Below, piece after piece: positions 49,803 through 64,000 of a stretch of DNA of 64,000 bases. Under the pieces are notes generated by a model, which was not told where the DNA came from, did not search any database, and saw only the letters and a program-made list of their open reading frames with translations. The position numbers and the translations under genes are program-made. The stretch is from the human T2T-CHM13v2.0 reference genome, Homo sapiens. The stretch lies in assembly GCF_009914755.1 (NCBI RefSeq), contig NC_060943.1; one strand, 5' to 3'. The first letter of the stretch is position 1. Every line of letters begins with the position of its first letter.

Positions 49803-51438
49803 TCAAAAAGGAAAAAAAAAATTGAGTCTCTAATCCTTTAAATGTGCTTGAATTAAAAGGAAAGAAAAGAAAGTCTACATATAGAAACTTCTAGTTCAGA
49901 AGCATTTTATGTAAGAATCCAAGTGGGAAGTAATCAAGGTGAATTCTTGGAAAAAAATCAGCCTGGCTTGATACTTTGGGGTTAAAAGCACCTAGAATAG
50001 CTATGCGGTTATTTGCAGAGGTTCTATAGAAATCAACTCTCCTTTTTATCAGGATAGGACTGGACTAAATTGATCGTACGATCAAGCCCATACCTGAAGT
50101 GTCACACCTCAGAATAAACTCCCCAATACATGACAACCCACCCTGAAGGAGTAAGGGGTGAAGGGGTGAGCTTTCTTTGTGGCCCCAACATTCACACCGC
50201 CCCAGGAAAACCCTTCCAACCTGTTCTGTGATTTACAGGGCCCCCTGCTTCACAGGTAGGAAGGCAGGCCTCTCCCCCAGCAGGCCAGCAAACTTTGCAA
50301 ATTTAAGGCGTTCAAGGGCAGAGGAATCCTGTAAACCCAAATTTACAGGTTTCTCAGTGGAACATGAATCTATTAAATTGGACTCGTCATACAATGCTGG
50401 TGGGAATGTAAAATGGTGCGCTGCTTTGGAAAACACTCCAGCAGCTCCTCAGATAGTTAATCATAGCATGAACATTTGGCCCAGAAATTCTACCCATACA
50501 ACCAAGAGAATTGAAAACACACTGAACATACACACAAAAACGGATACATAAATGTTCATAGCAGCCCTATTCACAGTAGGCCCAAAATGGAAACAGTTCA
50601 AATATACATCAACTAATAAATGGATACACACGACATGCTCTATTCATACAACGGATTTTTAAGACAGGGTCTTGCACTGTTGCCCAAGCTGGATTATAGT
50701 GGTACGATTATAGCTCACTGCACCCTTGACCCACCCCCCCCGCCCCCCGACTCAAGTGATTCTCCTGCCTCAGCCTTCTGAGTACCCAGGACTACAGCTG
50801 CATGCCACTAATTTTTTTTTTTTTTTCCTGTAGAAATGGAGTCTCCCTATGTTGCCCAGGCTGGTCTTGACCTCTTGACATCAAGCAATCCTCCCACCTT
50901 GGCCTCCCACAGGGCCACTATACCCAGCCTATGATGGAAAATTAATCAATAGAAGGGAACGACGCTCTGACACAGGCTGCAACGTGGATGAACCTTGAAA
51001 ATATATTTAGTGAGAAAAGCCAGTCACAAAGGACCACACAGCGTATGATTCCGTTTATAGGAAGTATCCAGAAAAAGCAAATCTGTACAGACAAAACATA
51101 CATTAGTGGTTGCCGGCAGGTGGAGCTGATGGAAACTGCTGGCTAAAGGGGTTGGGGTTTCCTTGTGGGGTGATGAAAATGTTCTCAAATTGGCTGTGGG
51201 GATGGCTACACAACTCGAACATACCAAAAGCCATGAGTGAGTTACGCGGTATGTGGATTATATCTCAGGCCGGAGGACTGCTTGAGCCTAGCAAATCGAG
51301 GCTGCAGTGAGCCGTGATCATGCCACTGCACTCCAGCCTGAGCGACAGAGACCCCATCACTAAAAAAATTAAAATGCCCCAGCACAGTGGCTCACACCTG
51401 TGATCCCAGCACTTCGTGGGGCCGAGGTGGGCAGATCA

Positions 51439-51826
<388 letters not shown>

Positions 51827-52070
51827 TCAGCGCCCCAGTGCTGGGTGAGCTGCAACGTGTCACTGCTAGTTCCCTCAATCTCAGTGTCCTGGTGAATGCA
51901 GCAGCGATCACCATTCTCTTACAGAGAGGTCATGGTGAGGGGGAGGATGGCGTCAGGCTGTAGGGCATTGGCGGGGAGCCAGGACCCTCCGTGGTAGGGC
52001 CTCAGCGTCACCCCCATTGTGGCCAATACCACAGCAAATATTAGGGGAGGGTACGGCTCTGAGTACTTAC

Positions 52071-52908
52071 CTGGAGAAACCTGTAGAGTCCCAGGAGCCT
52101 GGCCATTGGCATAGACAACGCCAAGCATGTTTCTCCAAAGCAGCTCCGAGAGCGCTGGGCCCAGACGTGTAGCTGGGGATGGGCTCCTCCTGCCCGGTGA
52201 GAAAGCTCATGGTCTCATGGAGCGCTGCGTGCACGAAGTCCCCCTGTGTCCAGAATTGGTTCCTTCCAGTGGGTTCTTGGTGTAGCTGACTTCAACAATG
52301 AAGCTGCGGACCCTCACGGCGAGTGTTACTACAGTTCTTATCTGGAGTTGTTCATTCCTCCCGTTGGATTCGTGGTCTTGCTGGCTTCAGAAGTGAAGCC
52401 ACAGACCTTCGCAGTTAGTATAACAGCTCATAAAGGTAGTATAGACCCACAGAAAGAGCATCAGCAGGATTTATCGCAAACAGCAAAACAACAAACTTCC
52501 ACAAACTGGAAGGAAAGCCCAACAGACTGCCACCGCCGGCTCGGGTGGCCTGCTTTTATTCCCTTATCTGGCCCCACCCACATCCTGCTGATTGGTCCAT
52601 TTTACAGAGCACTGATTGGTCCGTTTTACAGAGAGCTGATTGGTCCGTTTTGATTGAGTGCTGATTGGTGCGTTTACAAACCTTTAGCTAGACACAGAGT
52701 GCTGATTGGTGCACTTACAATCCTTTAGCTAGACAGAAAAGTTCTCCAAGTCACCACCCTACCTGGAAGCCCAACCGGTTTCACCTCTCACCCAGAGTTC
52801 CGGATGGAGAAGCCCAGCCTGAGGCTGGGGAGCAGGTGGGCGTCCCTGTTGATCTCCTCCATGGCAAATGTGAATCCTTGGGCTGCCCAGTAGCCCCAGG
52901 TGGAAACG
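52071..52908 (-). pseudogene. VN2R19P: V2R exon 2, split by an LTR12 (pieces 52791-52908 and 52071-52244)
   Basis: FAMEEINRDAHLLPSLRLGFSIRNS / AALHETMSFLTGQEEPIPSY / MARLLGLYRFLQ|GTAAGT; acceptor CTCAG| at 52909. Confidence 0.92.
52245..52790 (-). mobile_element. LTR12 (ERV9) solo LTR
   Basis: Minus strand TGAGAGGTGAA...TCTAGCTAAAGG, five ACCAATCAG repeats, AATAAAAGC, ends CCAATTCTGGACACA; flanks CCCC/CCCA. Confidence 0.9.
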
Positions 52909-53018
52909 CTGAGGGAAGGAGAAGCCCAGGCTTACCGCATGCTGTAGCTGCAGAGGCTATGGCTTATGCACACTCAAAGGGGATGAGGCCACAAGTCTCC
53001 ACAAGCGCTTGTGCACGA

Positions 53019-54390
<1,372 letters not shown>

Positions 54391-55695
54391 TGTGCATAGC
54401 AAAATGGGCAGAACAGCCAAAAAGGGGTGGGGGGCGGGGGGTAGGACATGTTGGTCAAAGGGCTCCAAGTTTCAGTTAGACAAGGAGGAATAGGTTTCCA
54501 GATCTATTGCACAGCATGGAAACTGTAGTTATCAATAATTAATGTATATTTCAAAACTGCAAAAAGATCATATCTTAAATGTTCACATTGCAAAAAATGA
54601 TAAGGATGTGAGGATATGGATATGTTGATTAGCCCAATTTAATCATTCCATAATGTATACATATATCAAGACATCATATTGTACCCCATAAATATATACA
54701 ATTATTATTCATTGATTAGAAAAAATAACCTGGCAACATCAAGTGATGGCAAGTGGAGTGATTGGAAGTCTTGTGTATGTCTGGTGAGAATGCAGAATGA
54801 AATGGTTGCTTTGGAAAACATTGTGGCAATGTTTAAATAAAGGTAAACAGGCCAGCCATGGTGGCTCTAGCCTGTAGTCCCAGCACTTTGGGAGGCTGAG
54901 GCGGGAGGATTGTTTGAACCCAGGAGTTAGAAACCAGCCTAGGTCACAACGTGAGACTCTGTCTCTATAGAAAATGAAAAGTAAATAAAAAATTAAAAAA
55001 TTAGCCGAGTCTGGTCTCATGCATCTGTGGTGCCAGCTACTCAGAAGCTGAGGTGGGAGGATCACTTGAGCTGGGAGGTCAAGGCTGTAGTGAGCTATGA
55101 TTGAGCCACTGCACTCCAGCCTGGGCAGCAGAGCCAGACCCTGTCTCCAAAAATAAAATAAAGTAAAATGATAAACATATTCATTTTTTAAAAAAGAAAA
55201 AAATCACCGGAGGGACTATGTGAAGAACTGTCCGCAGAGACAGTTTGGGAACCTGGGACAGAAATGGGTGATGGCACACACAGGTAAAGAGAAATTCCCT
55301 GGGCTGATCAACTCATGAAGAGATTTGTTCATTCCACAAACACTTGTTCATTCAACAAACACACTTACCTGTGCCTGGCGCTGCTCTAAGCGCCAAGGGT
55401 TGGCGGTGGACAAGAGAGGGGAGAATCTCTGCCTCACCTGTGCAGTCGCTGCAGCACAATGAGGAGACAAGCAACCCATGCTTCAGACACAGACAGAAAG
55501 CAAGAAGGAAAAACGGAGTGAGGTGCTAAGGCAGGGCCGGTGAGACAGGCTGACCAGCATCCAGACAGACAGGATGAGTCCCGGCCATCCAGGAGGGATT
55601 CTGAGAATCAGCTGCTGCCTGAGGCTTTAGAAGGACACTCCTGAAGGTGCCCAGCCTTCAGGGGCTCTCCACCAAACACCCTGGTAGCTGCTTAC

Positions 55696-55904
55696 CTTGA
55701 AGACTCCAAGCCAGCTGGTGGAGCAGTGAAATCAAACAGGGTGATGTTGTACAGGTGGAAGATGGAGAAGCTGGCCCTGACCACCACATCCCCTGGACAG
55801 TCAAAGCGGGGGCTCTTCCCTGGCAACCGCCAGCCTATTGGGCCAGAAACAGCAGCCCCAGAGAGAGATCCCACAAGGGCGGGAAGCAGAGAGCACAGCA
55901 ACAT
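55696..55904 (-). pseudogene. VN2R19P: V2R exon 1 (signal peptide; open frame)
   Basis: MLLCSLLPALVGSLSG...PGDVVVRASFSIFH; donor AG|GTAAG at 55695; phase 2 joins exon 2 in frame. Confidence 0.82.
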
Positions 55905-56654
55905 GTCTGTGGTGTGCTGACAGCCAGCAACGGCAGCCCCCGTGTGGGCTGCTTCCAACAGTGATGGGGGGCTTTCATCTGGGAGCTCACCCCTCAATCC
56001 AGGACCTGGGGGCTGGGGACACAGATGGAGCTCCAGGCATCCAGGCCCTGGGAGAACAGTGGCCACTCAGTCCCAGGGCCATTAAAACTTGTACTTCCTC
56101 CTCCTGTGGTTTCTTTGTCTCTGCCCAGGCCAGGGGTAACAGCCCCCAGGCCTCATCTGCAGACTTCAGAGAGGGAGGTTGATGAGTCCTGACTGTGTCC
56201 TCAGGGACTCTGCAAACCCAGGAGCAGCTGCACTTAGGGTCCCCAGGTCACTGGTTTTGGAGAGGCCCAAGGAGGGTACAAGAGGCGAAGACTCTCCTGA
56301 GCCCTCCTGCCTCAGTTGGCAGTGTTTGGAGATAGGGACATCCCCAGAGCTTCAGTGGCCCTGGGTTAACACCTCCTGCCTGGGGGCTCCCAGAGGGTCC
56401 CAGGCAAGGGTAAAGCATGTTCAGCCCCCAGAGAGCTGGCCCAGGCTAAGCTGGTGCGTTTCTGTGGTCAGGAAGTCCAGTTCCAGGCGGAGGGTGGAGG
56501 GTAGGCTGCAAAGTGACTCCCTAACATAGTGCTTACAACCCCAGGAGATGCGGCTGTGAGGCAGGAAAATAGAGGGAATTGGAGGTTAAATAAAGGGCAA
56601 ACTGAGTAAAAGCAGAAGCAAGGTGAAGGGACAGGTAAGCAAAAAGCAAAATAT

Positions 56655-58980
<2,326 letters not shown>

Positions 58981-60148
58981 CTGAAACCTCTGCTAGACAC
59001 CAGGCTGCCTCCCAATGGATCTAGAGTTACCAGGTGGCCTATGATGGTGTCTAGATCCAGACTCTAGAGACAGACTAAGTCAGTGTTCTCTCAAGGGAGA
59101 TTTCCCAAATGGGTGGCAGTTATAAATGCACACATGAGCCTTCACTGCCCCAAAGGGCCACGCCAATTTCAGCTACCAAGAAAATGAACCATGTCATTAC
59201 AAGTGCCTAATTTTCAAGAAGGAGAATAATAAGCCCTTAGCACCCTAATTTGGTTTTCCCATAGTGGTTTCTGCACAAAGTGGCATTCACACACAACATT
59301 CCAGGGACCAGCCGCCAGCAGCAAAGATGCGGAGACACGGCTCTGATTATCCAGCTGAGGCAGCCCCTCCCCTCCCTGCCACTCCTGGGACTCTTAATCT
59401 CCAGGCCTCGTTTTATTTTATTCTAGGTATTTATATTTCCATGAAGCATCTGCTTTGTTTACTGGTGTTTGCCCCATGAACATGGGCTTCCAAGGGACTA
59501 AAGCCCTATCAGTCCCTCTCACTGATGTGCTCCCACCCCAGTGTCCAGAACAGTGCCTGGTACACATAGGCCCTCAATAAACAGCTGTCCAGCAGATGCT
59601 GGACCCCCTGGAGGTGGGTCCTCCTCTCTTTTCTTAGCTCACACTCTCCTGCTTCTTCTTCAGCAATGAGCAGCTTCAGCTATCCTGAGCTCAGTCCCAG
59701 AGCTGAGGACCCTCCTTGCATCATGATCTCACCCCCACCTGATTTCAGATACAAAACGAGTATCTGTGGAACCCTACTATTCTGGCACATGGTTACATTG
59801 TAGACATTAATATTAAAACTTATTTATATGAAATGTTCTTATGTAAGGTTTCGTTAAAGTATATGAAATATAGGACACATTGATACTAATTCCTTGTTTT
59901 TCTTTTTCTTTCTTTCTTTTTTTTTTTTTTTTTTTTTTTTTGAGACAGAGTCTCACTCTGTTGCCCAGGCAAGGCTGGAGTGCGTTGGCAGGTCTCGGCT
60001 CACTGCAACCTCGGCTTCCCCAGTTCCAGCGATTCTCCTACCTCAGCCTCCCAAGTAGCTGGGATTACAGGCACGCACCACCATGCCTGGCTAATTTTTG
60101 TATTTTTAGTAGAGACGGGGTTTCACCATGTTGGCCAGGCTGGTCTGA

Positions 60149-60406
<258 letters not shown>

Positions 60407-60699
60407 TGAGAAACTGGGATTACAGGCATGCGCCACCACGCCCAGGTAATTTTTGTATTTTTAGTAGAGACGGGGGTTTCACCATATTGGTCAGGCTGGT
60501 CTCGAACTCATGACCTCGTGATCCGCCTGCCTTGGCCTCCCAAAGTGCTGGGATTACAGGCGTGTCACCGCGCCCGGCCGACGTCCTGTATTTTTATTTG
60601 CTAAGAGTGGCGATCCTAGTCTGGGACATACTTGTACTAAACATATTTATATTAAAAACAATGTTTTAACATACTACTCTTGGACACTGTATAAAACGG

Positions 60700-61500
60700 T
60701 TGCGTGTCTGGAACGCCGTCGTTTTGCCCCGCGGCCCCATCGTACATGCGCATCCCCGCAGCCGCCACCGTCTCCACTTTCCGCAGCAGCGTCCCTGACG
60801 CTGCGCGACCCGTTGCCAAGGCGACTGGAACCGCGGCCCGAGGTAACTGGAGGGCACGGCGGGGGCGGGGCGCTCATCCCAGGCGGCTTCTGATTGGCCT
60901 CGGCCGCCTCGTGCGTCACAGCCCCGCCCCTGCCCGGGAGTCCCGCAGCGGTGACTTGTCACCGACGCCCGGCGTGATCCAGCGGACCAATGGCGGCCGC
61001 CCGCGGCGCGCAGCGTGCGGGGATGGGGTCCGCCCGCGGCGTTGGGCGCGCTCGCCAGCCCAGGGGTCGCCATGACCGAGCGGCCCAGGCCCGAGCGAAG
61101 CCCGCGCGCGGTGAGTCCGCCGCGGCCCATCCGTCCCTCCGCCCGCCAGAGCGTCCATCGGGACGCCCACCCGGGAGGGTCTCGGCGCCGCGTCGGCGGG
61201 AGCTGGCCCGGGATCGCGGTCCAGGGGCGCGCGTCGGGGGAGGCGGGCCCGGGCCCGGGAGGGGGCGGGCCGGGCCGGGGTTCCAGAGCCCATCGGGAGT
61301 CCTGAGGTCGCCGTAGGGGAGGGAAGGGGAAGGCTAGAGGCCACGCGGGGCGGGGACTGGGGGGGCTGGGGCCGCCCCTTCCGCAGGGACCCCGACCCCT
61401 GTTGGCATCCGCCTGTCCGTTTGAGGCCGAAGCCCCTCTACGTACCCCCATTGCCCGCCCAAACACCGCTCGGCCGCGTCCAAGTTCTCCCTTCCACACC
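60700..61500 (+). promoter_or_regulatory. ZSCAN1: CpG-island promoter and non-coding exon 1 (donor G|GTGAGT at 61111), probably ZSCAN1
   Basis: RFX X-box GTTGCCAAGGCGAC 60812-60825, GC box 60861, inverted CCAAT 60890, TGCGTCA 60912; symbol from remembered gene order only, no coding exon in window. Confidence 0.65.
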
Positions 61501-61516
61501 TGATCAGCATCCCGGG

Positions 61517-61700
61517 ACCTATCTCCCTCCTGAACAGCCGCCCCCGGACCCATCTCCCTCCCTACCCGGCCCCTTGGGCCCATCCCCCACTGGAACAGCA
61601 GCCCCCGACCCGTCTCTCTCCCTACAAGCTCCCCCTCCCCGCCCCAGGCCCATCTCCCTCCTGAACAGCCGCCCCCGACCCATCCCCCACCCAATCACCC
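61517..61700 (+). repeat. Degenerate C-rich tandem repeat, period about 30 bp
   Basis: Recurrent CCCATCTCCCTC and CTGAACAGCCGCCCCCG. Confidence 0.75.
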
Positions 61701-62915
61701 CACCATCCTCCCCCCAACCAGCCGTCCACAGCCGTCGTCGCTGCCCCTCCCCTGTATTCCCAGTGCGCTGCCCTTGCACACTTCCCCAGCTCGTTTATTA
61801 TGGAACTCCTCCGTGTGGCATCCTAAGCTCCCAACGCCCTCCCCACTGTAAGCCCCCTTCTCAAAGCCAGAACCATTCACTGACTGGCGCAGTGAACACG
61901 TCTTCTATGTCACTAAGCATCCGGCATCAGCGGCAAAGCCCTTCTGCCCATCCCCGCAATAGAATTTGGGGCTCGGGCTGCAGATCTCAGTGCCCATGCC
62001 AGGTGAACCTGGCCCTTCCACAGGCACTGAGCCCTCCAAGTGACACTCTCTCACACACACACATCCCCAACATTAATCAGAGACCCCTACCAAAGTAGAC
62101 TTCTAGGACCCCAGGGCCACCACAGCATTGCCCATGGGGGGGCCCAGATCCTCCTCACCAGCCATGTAGACCTCAGTCCCCTTCACATCATCCCAGGCCC
62201 TCTTCATCTTCCAGAAACAGCCACCCATCAGTCCAGGACTCTCATCAGCTCAGGTACCCCCACATTGGCCTAGGTGTTCCACATCAGCCCCCATATAGAC
62301 CCCAGACACACCCATGGACCTCTGGTGCCTTCTGCTAAGACCTCCTCTTTACCCTCATCCCTGATAAACTTAGCATCTCCTCCCACAGACCTCAGCCCAG
62401 GACCCTGGAGGATGCTGAGGGGCTACAGCCCCCCTCCCTAGAGTCTCCAGGGTGAGCTGCCATGAGCACCTGAGAGAGTATAAGGTCTGAGGCCCCAGGG
62501 CAAAGGGATTTCTTGAACCTGTGGAGCTTCAAAATAGGCCCTTTTTTCTTATTCAAAACTACATATATAAAAGTGTGAATACAACATAAGAGAGCATTTT
62601 TGCCTGTGGCCTTGGCAGGGAAGACCAAGCTGGTAGTTTCCCAATCAGGGTGCAGGTGGCCGGGTACGCTGACTCGAAGATGGCTGGCTGGGCACAGTCC
62701 CCGTGAGTTGCCTTTCTGCCACCCTGCACCTCTCCTTTCTCCTGGATTGTAAAACCAGATGCACGAGAACTGCAGAGTGTATGAAAAATGCAGCAGAGGA
62801 TGAAGAGGGAAAAATCCCATGGAATCCCTCCTTTTCACTTGTCATAAGCATTTCCCATATGGTCAAAAATCCTTCCTAAAGATGTCTTGTTTTTTGTTTT
62901 TCCATGTTGATGAAG

Positions 62916-62957
62916 GTCACATGGGAGCCCGACACCATTTGGAGGAGATTCAGAGAA
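62916..62957 (+). other. Possible 42-nt non-coding exon 2 of the plus-strand gene
   Basis: T-rich tract then GAAG| acceptor and |GTATGA donor. Confidence 0.35.
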
Positions 62958-63337
62958 GTATGAACAGCACAAAGCACTTGGCCGCCCCCCATGGGCGTCT
63001 TCCCAGGACTCCCTTTCTATGACACTAACGCATCATCCTGCATCCCACGTTCCCTGTGCCTCATGTCATCTGTACATCATGTGTCTACTCCCCATGGTCA
63101 TGTCATAGTGTTGTGTACTGGGCACGGTTGAATACTCCCATCACATGATGGGGGAGGTAGTTGATCCCACCACGTTCAACTGTTGGGCACTTTTGTAGTG
63201 AATCTTGGTGCCTGAATCTCGCATCTTGCACGCAGTCTACCAAGTGTTCTTGATATATAAATGGCCACAGTGCTTTCCAGAAAGGTCGTGCCAATTTATA
63301 TTCTCACCAGCGGATCAGTCCAGAGTACAATTGTTAA

Positions 63338-63794
<457 letters not shown>

Positions 63795-63815
63795 TAATTT
63801 TTGTATTTTTAGTAG

Positions 63816-63998
<183 letters not shown>

Positions 63999-64000
63999 TC

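Noticed and set aside
60666-62098. 342-aa and 225-aa ORFs at the right-hand CpG island
   Set aside because: GC/C-rich low-complexity artefacts; no SCAN or zinc-finger sequence in the window

Overview
Primate (very likely human, chr19q13.43 KRAB zinc-finger cluster) genomic DNA, dense in Alu, L1 and LTR repeats. Gene names come from my recognition of the encoded peptides and gene order, not from a search. Left to right: the first two coding exons of C19orf18 (minus); the complete KRAB-C2H2 gene ZNF606 (minus; six coding exons that splice into a 792-codon ORF, 13 intact plus 5 degenerate fingers) with a CpG-island bidirectional promoter at about 29.1-30.3 kb; an orphan CpG-rich region at 36.3-37.8 kb; an unprocessed vomeronasal type-2 receptor pseudogene (family C GPCR, probably VN2R19P; minus, 39.45-55.9 kb) with five of the six expected exons recognisable and several ERV LTRs inserted; and a CpG-island promoter at about 60.7-61.5 kb facing plus (probably ZSCAN1). 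I found no clear new biological system. The best leads are an LTR12 that both stops and could re-promote the V2R pseudogene, a missing V2R exon 5, tandem-duplicated micro-exons building the ZNF606 N-terminus, a possible decayed copy of the ZNF606 promoter, and a 207-bp templated insertion with 15-bp flanking repeats. Most ORFs in the supplied track are Alu or GC-rich artefacts. Repeat subfamily calls are from memory of consensus sequences, and only a selection of the many Alus is listed.
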